Below, one piece after another: positions 1-11,000 of a stretch of 64,000 nt of DNA. The notes under the pieces are model-generated. The model was not told where the DNA came from. It saw only the letters and a list, made by a program, of their open reading frames with translations, and made no database searches. Position numbers and translations under genes: made by a program. The stretch is from assembly GCA_964016885.1 (NCBI GenBank), contig OZ024741.1, positions 249,302,001 to 249,366,000 on the forward strand. Reading direction: 5' to 3'. Numbering within the stretch: the first letter of the stretch is position 1; the number at the start of each line of letters is the position of its first letter. The DNA is from Eledone cirrhosa (taxonomy: Eukaryota).

Positions 1-29
1 CAGGGGGAGATAATTTGTAAAAAAATCAA

Positions 30-129
30 GGGGAGATAATTTCCAGCCGTCCAAGGGGAGATAATTTTCAGCCGTCCAAGGAGAGGTAATTTCTAGCCGT
101 CCAAGGGGAGATAATTTCCAGCCGTCCAA
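30..129 (+). repeat. B cassette Z (4 x 25 bp), first copy
   Basis: Order is consensus / ...TTTTCAGCC / GGAGAGGTAATTTCTAGCC / consensus, followed by a TnAm-TCAGGCGGAG exit monomer and a GTAAACAAAA monomer. Recurs throughout, e.g. ~1257, ~3282, ~5425, ~63905. Confidence 0.93.
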
Positions 130-268
130 GGGGAGATAATTTTTTTAAAAAAATCAGGCGGAGATAATTTGTAAACAAAAATCAGGGGGAGATAATTTGT
201 AAAAAAAAATCAGGGGGAGATAATTTGTAAAAAAAAATCAGGGGGAGATAATTTGTAAAAAAAATCAA

Positions 269-492
269 GGGGAGATAATTTCCAGCCGTCCAAGGGGAGG
301 TAATATCTAGCCATCCAAGGGGAGATAATTTCCAGCCGTCCAAGGGGAGATAATTTCCAGCCGTCCAAGGGGAGATAATATCCAGCCGTCCAAGGAGACA
401 TATTTTCCAGCCGTCCAAGGAGAGGTAATTTCTAGCCGTCCAAGGGGAGATAAGTTCCAGCCTCCAAGGGGAGATAATTTCCAGCCAGCCAA
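269..492 (+). repeat. B cassette X (9 monomers, 224 bp), first copy
   Basis: Fixed order of variant monomers: GGTAATATCTAGCCAT (2nd), ATAATATCC (5th), GGAGACATATTTT (6th), GGAGA(G/C)GTAATTTCTAG (7th), 24-bp ATAAGTTCCAGCCTCCAA (8th), CCAGCCAGCCAA (9th). There are about 45-50 copies, tracked by the repeated 'MDGWKICLL'/'MSPWTAGYY' ORFs. Confidence 0.93.
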
Positions 493-735
493 GGGGAGAT
501 AATTTGTAAAAAAATCAGGGGGAGATAATTTGTAAAAAAAAATCAGGGGGAGATAATTTGTAAAAAAATCAGGGGGAGATAATTTGTAAAAAAAAATCAG
601 GGGGAGATAATTTGTAAAAAAAATCAGGGGGAGATAATTTGTAAAAAAAATCAGGGGTAGATAATTTGTAAAAAAAATCAGGGGGAGATAATTTGTAAAA
701 AAAATCAGGGGGAGATAATTTGTAAAAAAAATCAG
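493..735 (+). repeat. Representative run of type A monomers GGGGAGATAATTTGT(A)7-10TCAG
   Basis: Consecutive monomers differ only in A-tract length and an occasional GGGGTAG variant. Such runs separate all B cassettes. Confidence 0.95.
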
Positions 736-1041
736 GGGTAGATAATTTTCAGCCGTCCAAGGGGAGATAATTTCCATCCTTCCAAGGGGAGATAATTTCC
801 AGCCGTCCAAGGGGAGATAATTTCCCGCCAGCCAAGGAGAGATAACATTTAAAAAAATCAGGCGGAGATAATTTGTAAAAAAAATCAGGGGGAGATAATT
901 TGTAAAAAAATCAGGGGGAGATAATTTGTAAAAAAAATCAGGGGTAGATAATTTCCAGCCGTCCAAGGGGAGATAATTTCCATCCTTCCAAGGGGAGATA
1001 ATTTCCAGCCGTCCAAGGGGAGATAATTTCCCGCCAGCCAA
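736..1041 (+). repeat. Pair of B cassettes Y (4 x 25 bp each; 736-835 and 942-1041), 206-bp module
   Basis: Order is GGGTAG entry / CCATCCTTCCAA / consensus / CCCGCCAGCCAA, followed by GGAGAGATAA(C/T)ATTTAAAAAAATCAGGCGGAG. Usually present as a tandem pair. Confidence 0.93.
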
Positions 1042-1855
1042 GGAGAGATAACATTTAAAAAAATCAGGCGGAGATAATTTGTAAAAAAATCAGGGGGAGA
1101 TAATTTGTAAAAAAATCAGGGGGAGATAATTTGTAAAAAAAAATCAGGGGGAGATAATTTGTAAAAAAAATCAGGGGGAGATAATTTGTAAAAAAAAATC
1201 AGGGGTAGATAATTTGTAAAAAAAAATCAGGGGGAGATAATTTGTAAAAAAATCAAGGGGAGATAATTTCCAGCCGTCCAAGGGGAGATAATTTTCAGCC
1301 GTCCAAGGAGAGGTAATTTCTAGCCGTCCAAGGGGAGATAATTTCCAGCCGTCCAAGGGGAGATAATTTTTTAAAAAAATCAGGCGGAGATAATTTGTAA
1401 ACAAAAATCAGGGGGAGATAATTTGTAAAAAAAAATCAGGGGGAGATAATTTGTAAAAAAAAATCAGGGGGAGATAATTTGTAAAAAAAATCAAGGGGAG
1501 ATAATTTCCAGCCGTCCAAGGGGAGGTAATATCTAGCCATCCAAGGGGAGATAATTTCCAGCCGTCCAAGGGGAGATAATTTCCAGCCGTCCAAGGGGAG
1601 ATAATATCCAGCCGTCCAAGGAGACATATTTTCCAGCCGTCCAAGGAGACGTAATTTCTAGCCGTCCAAGGGGAGATAAGTTCCAGCCTCCAAGGGGAGA
1701 TAATTTCCAGCCAGCCAAGGGGAGATAATTTGTAAAAAAATTAGGGGGAGATAATTTGTAAAAAAAAATTAGGGGGAGATAATTTGTAAAAAAAAATCAG
1801 GGGGAGATAATTTGTAAAAAAAAATCAGGGGGAGATAATTTGTAAAAAAAATCAA

Positions 1856-1980
1856 GGGGAGATAATTTCCAGCCGTCCAAGGGGAGATAATTTTCAGCCG
1901 TCCAAGGAGAGGTAAATTCTAGCCGTCCAAGGAGATATAATTTCCAGCCGTCCAAGGGGAGATAATTTCCAGCCGTCCAA
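1856..1980 (+). repeat. B cassette W (5 monomers), first copy; derivative of Z
   Basis: Contains GGAGAGGTAAATTCTAG and GGAGATATAATTTCC. Normally preceded by two TTAGGGGGAG A-variants. Confidence 0.9.
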
Positions 1981-2451
1981 GGGGAGATAATTTTTAAAAA
2001 AAAATCAGGCGTAGATAATTTGTAAACAAAAATCAGGGGGAGATAATTTTTTAAAAAAAATCAGGGGGAGATAATTTGTAAAAAAAAATCAGGGGGAGAT
2101 AATTTGTAAAAAAAATCAAGGGGAGATAATTTCCAGCCGTCCAAGGGGAGGTAATATCTAGCCATCCAAGGGGAGATAATTTCCAGCCGTCCAAGGGGAG
2201 ATAATTTCCAGCCGTCCAAGGGGAGATAATATCCAGCCGTCCAAGGAGACATATTTTCCAGCCGTCCAAGGAGAGGTAATTTCTAGCCGTCCAAGGGGAG
2301 ATAAGTTCCAGCCTCCAAGGGGAGATAATTTCCAGCCAGCCAAGGGGAGATAATTTGTAAAAAAATCAGGGGGGAGATAATTTGTAAAAAAAATCAGGGG
2401 GAGATAATTTGAAAAAAAAATCAGGGGGAGATAATTTGTAAAAAATATCAA

Positions 2452-2601
2452 GGGGAGATAATTTCCAGCCCTCCAAGGGGCTATAATTTCCAGCCGTGCA
2501 AGGGGAGATAATTTCCAGCCGTCCAAGGGGAGATAATTTCCATCCTTCCAAGGGGAGATAATTTCCAGCCGTCCAAGGGGAGATAATTTCCCGCCAGCCA
2601 A
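2452..2601 (+). repeat. B cassette V (6 monomers), first of 9 copies; two private monomers plus a Y-like tail
   Basis: Diagnostic GGGGCTATAATTTCCAGCCGTGCAA at 2477, 6621, 10687, 19880, 27892, 32638, 41775, 55242 and 57268. Followed by GGGAAGATA and the 4-nt-deleted GCGGAGATTGT. Confidence 0.92.
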
Positions 2602-5099
2602 GGGAAGATAATTTTTTAAAAAATCAGGCGGAGATTGTAAAAAAAATCAGGGGGAGATAATTTGTAAAAAAAATCAGGGGGAGATAATTTGTAAAAAAAA
2701 TCAGGGGGAGATAATTTGTAAAAAAAATCAGGGGTAGATAATTTTCAGCCGTCCAAGGGGAGATAATTTCCATCCTTCCAAGGGGAGATAATTTCCAGCC
2801 GTCCAAGGGGAGATAATTTCCCGCCAGCCAAGGAGAGATAACATTTAAAAAAATCAGGCGGAGATAATTTGTAAAAAAAATCAGGGGGAGATAATTTGTA
2901 AAAAAATCAGGGGGAGATAATTTGTAAAAAAAATCAGGGGTAGATAATTTCCAGCCGTCCAAGGGGAGATAATTTCCATCCTTCCAAGGGGAGATAATTT
3001 CCAGCCGTCCAAGGGGAGATAATTTCCCGCCAGCCAAGGAGAGATAATATTTAAAAAAATCAGGCGGAGATAATTTGTAAAAAAAATCAGGGGGAGATAA
3101 TTTGTAAAAAAATCAGGGGGAGATAATTTGTAAAAAAAAATCAGGGGGAGATAATTTGTAAAAAAAATCAGGGGGAGATAATTTGTAAAAAAAAATCAGG
3201 GGTAGATAATTTGTAAAAAAAAATCAGGGGGAGATAATTTGTAAAAAAAAAATCAGGGGGAGATAATTTGTAAAAAAATCAAGGGGAGATAATTTCCAGC
3301 CGTCCAAGGGGAGATAATTTTCAGCCGTCCAAGGAGAGGTAATTTCTAGCCGTCCAAGGGGAGATAATTTCCAGCCGTCCAAGGGGAGATAATTTTTTTA
3401 AAAAAATCAGGCGGAGATAATTTGTAAACAAAAATCAGGGGGAGATAATTTGTAAAAAAAAATCAGGGGGAGATAATTTGTAAAAAAAAATCAGGGGGAG
3501 ATAATTTGTAAAAAAAATCAAGGGGAGATAATTTCCAGCCGTCCAAGGGGAGGTAATATCTAGCCATCCAAGGGGAGATAATTTCCAGCCGTCCAAGGGG
3601 AGATAATTTCCAGCCGTCCAAGGGGAGATAATATCCAGCCGTCCAAGGAGAATATTTTCCAGCCGTCCAAGGAGACGTAATTTCTAGCCGTCCAAGGGGA
3701 GATAAGTTCCAGCCTCCAAGGGGAGATAATTTCCAGCCAGCCAAGGGGAGATAATTTGTAAAAAAATTAGGGGGAGATAATTTGTAAAAAAAAATTAGGG
3801 GGAGATAATTTGTAAAAAAAAATCAGGGGGAGATAATTTGTAAAAAAAAATCAGGGGGAGATAATTTGTAAAAAAAATCAAGGGGAGATAATTTCCAGCC
3901 GTCCAAGGGGAGATAATTTTCAGCCGTCCAAGGAGAGGTAAATTCTAGCCGTCCAAGGAGATATAATTTCCAGCCGTCCAAGGGGAGATAATTTCCAGCC
4001 AGCCAAGGGGAGATAATTTGTAAAAAAATCAGGGGGAGATAATTTGTAAAAAAAAAATCAGGGGGAGATAATTTGTAAAAAAATCAGGGGGAGATAATTT
4101 GTAAAAAAAAAATCAGGGGGAGATAATTTGTAAAAAAAATCAGGGGGAGATAATTTGTAAAAAAAATCAGGGGTAGATAATTTGTAAAAAAAATCAGGGG
4201 GAGATAATTTGTAAAAAAAATCAGGGGGAGATAATTTGTAAAAAAAATCAGGGGTAGATAATTTTCAGCCCTCCAAGGGGAGATAATTTCCATCCTTCCA
4301 AGGGGAGATAATTTCCAGCCGTCCAAGGGGAGATAATTTCCCGCCAGCCAAGGAGAGATAACATTTAAAAAAATCAGGCGGAGATAATTTGTAAAAAAAA
4401 TCAGGGGGAGATAATTTGTAAAAAATCAGGGGGAGATAATTTGTAAAAAAAAATCAGGGGGAGATAATTTGTAAAAAAAAATCAGGGGGAGATAATTTGT
4501 AAAAAAAAATCAGGGGGAGATAATTTGTAAAAAAAAAATCAGGGGGAGATAATTTGTAAAAAAATCAAGGGGAGATAATTTCCAGCCGTCCAAGGGGAGA
4601 TAATTTTCAGCCGTCCAAGGAGAGGTAATTTCTAGCCGTCCAAGGGGAGATAATTTCCAGCCGTCCAAGGGGAGATAATTTTTTTAAAAAAATCAGGCGG
4701 AGATAATTTGTAAACAAAATCAGGGGGAGATAATTTGTAAAAAAAAAATCAGGGGGTGATAATTTGTAAAAAAATCAAGGGGAGATAATTTCCAGCCGTC
4801 CAAGGGGAGATAATTTTCAGCCGTCCAAGGAGAGGTAATTTCTAGCCGTCCAAGGGGAGATAATTTCCAGCCAGCCAAGGGGAGATAATTTGTAAAAAAA
4901 TCAGGGGTAGATAATTTGTAAAAAAAAATCAGGGGGAGATAATTTGTAAAAAAAATCAGGGGGAGATAATTTGTAAAAAAAATCAGGGGTAGATAATTTC
5001 CAGCCGTCCAAGGGGAGATAATTTCCATCCTTCCAAGGGGAGATAATTTCCAGCCGTCCAAGGGGAGATAATTTCCCGCCAGCCAAGGAGAGATAACAT

Positions 5100-8000
5100 T
5101 TAAAAAAATCAGGCGGAGATAATTTGTAAAAAAAATCAGGGGGAGATAATTTGTAAAAAAATCAGGGGGAGATAATTTGTAAAAAAAATCAGGGGAAGAT
5201 AATTTGTAAAAAAAATCAGGGGTAGATAATTTGTAAAAAAAATCAGGGGGAGATAATTTGTAAAAAAAATCAGGGGGAGATAATTTGTAAAAAAAATCAG
5301 GGGTAGATAATTTCCCGCCAGGGGAGATAATTTCCCGCCAGCCAAGGAGAGATAATATTTAAAAAAATCAGGCGGAGATAATTTGTAAAAAAAATCAGGG
5401 GGAGATAATTTGTAAAAAAATCAAGGGGAGATAATTTCCAGCCGTCCAAGGGGAGATAATTTTCAGCCGTCCAAGGAGAGGTAATTTCTAGCCGTCCAAG
5501 GGGAGATAATTTCCAGCCGTCCAAGGGGAGATAATTTTTTTAAAAAAATCAGGCGGAGATAATTTGTAAACAAAAATCAGGGGGAGATAATTTGTAAAAA
5601 AAAATCAGGGGGAGATAATTTGTAAAAAAAAATCAGGGGGAGATAATTTGTAAAAAAAATCAAGGGGAGATAATTTCCAGCCGTCCAAGGGGAGGTAATA
5701 TCTAGCCATCCAAGGGGAGATAATTTCCAGCCGTCCAAGGGGAGATAATTTCCAGCCGTCCAAGGGGAGATAATATCCAGCCGTCCAAGGAGACATATTT
5801 TCCAGCCGTCCAAGGAGACGTAATTTCTAGCCGTCCAAGGGGAGATAAGTTCCAGCCTCCAAGGGGAGATAATTTCCAGCCAGCCAAGGGGAGATAATTT
5901 GTAAAAAAATTAGGGGGAGATAATTTGTAAAAAAAAATTAGGGGGAGATAATTTGTAAAAAAAAATCAGGGGGAGATAATTTGTAAAAAAAAATCAGGGG
6001 GAGATAATTTGTAAAAAAAATCAAGGGGAGATAATTTCCAGCCGTCCAAGGGGAGATAATTTTCAGCCGTCCAAGGAGAGGTAAATTCTAGCCGTCCAAG
6101 GAGATATAATTTCCAGCCGTCCAAGGGGAGATAATTTCCAGCCGTCCAAGGGGAGATAATTTTTAAAAAAAAATCAGGCGGAGATAATTTGTAAACAAAA
6201 ATCAGGGGGAGATAATTTTTAAAAAAAAATCAGGGGGAGATAATTTGTAAAAAAAAATCAGGGGGAGATAATTTGTAAAAAAAATCAAGGGGAGATAATT
6301 TCCAGCCGTCCAAGGGGAGGTAATATCTAGCCATCCAAGAGGAGATAATTTCCAGCCGTCCAAGGAGAGATAATATCCAGCCGTCCAAGGAGACATATTT
6401 TCCAGCCGTCCAAGAAGAGGTAATTTCTAGCCGTCCAAGGGGAGATAAGTTCCAGCCTCCAAGGGGAGATAATTTCCAGCCAGCCAAGGGGAGATAATTT
6501 GTAAAAAAATCAGGGGGGAGATAATTTGTAAAAAAAATCAGGGGGAGATAATTTGAAAAAAAAATCAGGGGGAGATAATTTGTAAAAAATATCAAGGGGA
6601 GATAATTTCCAGCCCTCCAAGGGGCTATAATTTCCAGCCGTGCAAGGGGAGATAATTTCCAGCCGTCCAAGGGGAGATAATTTCCATCCTTCCAAGGGGA
6701 GATAATTTCCAGCCGTCCAAGGGGAGATAATTTCCCGCCAGCCAAGGGAAGATAATTTTTTTAAAAATCAGGCGGAGATTGTAAAAAAAATCAGGGGGAG
6801 ATAATTTGTAAAAAAATCAGGGGGAGATAATTTGTAAAAAAAAAATCAGGGGGAGATAATTTGTAAAAAAAAATCAGGGGGAGATAATTTGTAAAAAAAA
6901 TCAGGGAGAGATAATTTGTAAAAAAAATCAGGGGTAGATAATTTGTAAAAAAAATCAGGGGGAGATAATTTGTAAAAAAAATCAGGGGGAGATAATTTGT
7001 AAAAAAAATCAGGGGTAGATAATTTTCAGCCGTCCAAGGGGAGATAATTTCCATCCTTCCAAGGGGAGATAATTTCCAGCCGTCCAAGGGGAGATAATTT
7101 CCCGCCAGCCAAGGAGAGATAACATTTAAAAAAATCAGGCGGAGATAATTTGTAAAAAAATCAGGGGGAGATAATTTGTAAAAAAAATCAGGGGTAGATA
7201 ATTTCCAGCCGTCCAAGGGGAGATAATTTCCATCCTTCCGAGGGGAGATAATTTCCAGCCGTCCAAGGGGAGATAATTTCCCGCCAGCCAAGGAGAGATA
7301 ATATTTAAAAAAATCAGGCGGAGATAATTTGTAAAAAAAATCAGGGGGAGATAATTTGTAAAAAAAAATCAGGGGGAGATAATTTGTAAAAAAAAATCAG
7401 GGGGAGATAATTTGTAAAAAAAAATCAGGGGTAGATAATTTGTAAAAAAAAATCAGGGGGAGATAATTTGTAAAAAAAAAATCAAGGGGAGATAATTTCC
7501 AGCCGTCCAAGGGGAGATAATTTTCAGCCGTCCAAGGAGAGGTAATTTCTAGCCGTCCAAGGGGAGATAATTTCCAGCCAGCCAAGGGGAGATAATTTCC
7601 CGCCAGCCAAGGAGAGATAACATTTAAAAAAATCAGGCGGAGATAATTTGTAAAAAAAATCAGGGGGAGATAATTTGTAAAAAAATCAGGGGGAGATAAT
7701 TTGTAAAAAAAATCAGGGGTAGATAATTTCCAGCCGTCCAAGGGGAGATAATTTCCATCCTTCCAAGGGGAGATAATTTCCAGCCGTCCAAGGGGAGATA
7801 ATTTCCCGCCAGCCAAGGAGAGATAATATTTAAAAAAATCAGGCGGAGATAATTTGTAAAAAAAATCAGGGGGAGATAATTTGTAAAAAAATCAGGGGGA
7901 GATAATTTGTAAAAAAAAATCAGGGGAGATAATTTGTAAAAAAAATCAGGGGGAGATAATTTGTAAAAAAAAATCAGGGGTAGATAATTTGTAAAAAAAA

Positions 8001-11000
8001 ATCAGGGGGAGATAATTTGTAAAAAAAAAATCAGGGGGAGATAATTTGTAAAAAAATCAAGGGGAGATAATTTCCAGCCGTCCAAAGGGAGATAATTTTC
8101 AGCCGTCCAAGGAGGTAATTTCTAGCCGTCCAAGGGGAGATAATTTCCAGCCGTCCAAGGGGAGATAATTTTTTTAAAAAAATCAGGCGGAGATAATTTG
8201 TAAACAAAAATCAGGGGGAGATAATTTGTAAAAAAAAATCAGGGGGAGATAATTTGTAAAAAAAAATCAGGGGGAGATAATTTGTAAAAAAAATCAAGGG
8301 GAGATAATTTCCAGCCGTCCAAGGGGAGGTAATATCTAGCCATCCAAGGGGAGATAATTTCCAGCCGTCCAAGGGGAGATAATTTCCAGCCGTCCAAGGG
8401 GAGATAATATCCAGCCGTCCAAGGAGACATATTTTCCAGCCGTCCAAGGAGAGGTAATTTCTAGCCGTCCAAGGGGAGATAAGTTCCAGCCTCCAAGGGG
8501 AGATAATTTCCAGCCAGCCAAGGGGAGATAATTTATAAAAAATCAGCGGGAGATAATTTTTAAAAAAAAAATCAGGGGGAGATAATTTGTAAAAAAATCA
8601 GGGGGAGATAATTTGTAAAAAAAAAATCAGGGGGAGATAATTTGTAAAAAAAATCAGGGGGAGATAATTTGTAAAAAAAATCAGGGGTAGATAATTTGTA
8701 AAAAAAATCAGGGGGAGATAATTTGTAAAAAAAATCAGGGGGAGATAATTTGTAAAAAAAATCAGGGGTAGATAATTTGTAAAAAAAAATCAGGGGGAGA
8801 TAATTTGTAAAAAAAATCAGGGGGAGATAATTTGTAAAAAAAATCAGGGGTAGATAATTTCCAGCCGTCCAAGGGGAGATAATTTCCATCCTTCCAAGGG
8901 GAGATAATTTCCAGCCGTCCAAGGGGAGATAATTTCCCGCCAGCCAAGGAGAGATAACATTTAAAAAAATCAGGCGGAGATAATTTGTAAAAAAAATCAG
9001 GGGGAGATAATTTGTAAAAAAATCAGGGGGAGATAATTTGTAAAAAAAATCAGGGGTAGATAATTTCCAGCCGTCCAAGGGGAGATAATTTCCATCCTTC
9101 CAAGGGGAGATAATTTCCAGCCGTCCAAGGGGAGATAATTTCCCGCCAGCCAAGGAGAGATAATATTTAAAAAAATATGCGGAGATAATTTGTAAAAAAA
9201 ATCAGGGGGAGATAATTTGTAAAAAAATCAGGGGGAGATAATTTGTAAAAAAAATCAGGGGGAGATAATTTGTAAAAAAAATCAGGGGTAGATAATTTGT
9301 AAAAAAAATCAGGGGGAGATAATTTGTAAAAAAAATCAGGGGGAGATAATTTGTAAAAAAAATCAGGGGTAGATAATTTCCCGCCAGGGGAGATAATTTC
9401 CCGCCAGCCAAGGAGAGATAATATTTAAAAAAATCAGGCGGAGATAATTTGTAAAAAAAATCAGGGGGAGATAATTTGTAAAAAAATCAAGGGGAGATAA
9501 TTTCCAGCCGTCCAAGGGGAGATAATTTTCAGCCGTCCAAGGAGAGGTAATTTCTAGCCGTCCAAGGGGAGATAATTTCCAGCCGTCCAAGGGGAGATAA
9601 TTTTTAAAAAAAAATCAGGCGGAGATAATTTGTAAACAAAAATCAGGGGGAGATAATTTGTAAAAAAAAATCAGGGGGAGATAATTTGTAAAAAAAAATC
9701 AGGGGGAGATAATTTGTAAAAAAAATCAAGGGGAGATAATTTCCAGCCGTCCAAGGGGAGGTAATATCTAGCCATCCAAGGGGAGATAATTTCCAGCCGT
9801 CCAAGGGGAGATAATTTCCAGCCGTCCAAGGGGAGATAATATCCAGCCGTCCAAGGAGACATATTTTCCAGCCGTCCAAGGAGACGTAATTTCTAGCCGT
9901 CCAAGGGGAGATAAGTTCCAGCCTCCAAGGGGAGATAATTTCCAGCCAGCCAAGGGGAGATAATTTGTAAAAAAATTAGGGGGAGATAATTTGTAAAAAA
10001 AAATTAGGGGGAGATAATTTGTAAAAAAAAATCAGGGGGAGATAATTTGTAAAAAAAAATCAGGGGGAGATAATTTGTAAAAAAAATCAAGGGGAGATAA
10101 TTTCCAGCCGTCCAAGGGGAGATAATTTTCAGCCGTCCAAGGAGAGGTAAATTCTAGCCGTCCAAGGAGATATAATTTCCAGCCGTCCAAGGGGAGATAA
10201 TTTCCAGCCGTCCAAGGGGAGATAATTTTTAAAAAAAAATCAGGCGGAGATAATTTGTAAACAAAAATCAGGGGGAGATAATTTTTTAAAAAAAATCAGG
10301 GGGAGATAATTTGTAAAAAAAAATCAGGGGGAGATAATTTGTAAAAAAAATCAAGGGGAGATAATTTCCAGCCGTCCAAGGGGAGGTAATATCTAGCCAT
10401 CCAAGGGGAGATAATTTCCAGCCGTCCAAGGGGAGATAATATCCAGCCGTCCAAGGAGACATATTTTCCAGCCGTCCAAGGAGAGGTAATTTCTAGCCGT
10501 CCAAGGGGAGATAAGTTCCAGCCTCCAAGGGGAGATAATTTCCAGCCAGCCAAGGGGAGATAATTTGTAAAAAAATCAGGGGGGAGATAATTTGTAAAAA
10601 AAATCAGGGGGAGATAATTTGAAAAAAAAATCAGGGGGAGATAATTTGTAAAAAATATCAAGGGGAGATAATTTCCAGCCCTCCAAGGGGCTATAATTTC
10701 CAGCCGTGCAAGGGGAGATAATTTCCAGCCGTCCAAGGGGAGATAATTTCCATCCTTCCAAGGGGAGATAATTTCCAGCCGTCCAAGGGGAGATAATTTC
10801 CCGCCAGCCAAGGGAAGATAATTTTTTTAAAAATCAGGCGGAGATTGTAAAAAAAATCAGGGGGAGATAATTTGTAAAAAAATCAGGGGGAGATAATTTG
10901 TAAAAAAAAAATCAGGGGGAGATAATTTGTAAAAAAAAATCAGGGGGAGATAATTTGTAAAAAAAATCAGGGGGAGATAATTTGTAAAAAAAATCAGGGG

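Noticed and set aside
269-283. NF-kB-like site GGGG...TTTCC
   Set aside because: The half-sites span 15 bp, versus 10-11 bp for GGGRNNYYCC.
1741-1780. TTAGGG / TTAGG telomere motif
   Set aside because: These are isolated C>T variants of TCAGGGGG inside A monomers and never occur as tandem hexamers or pentamers.
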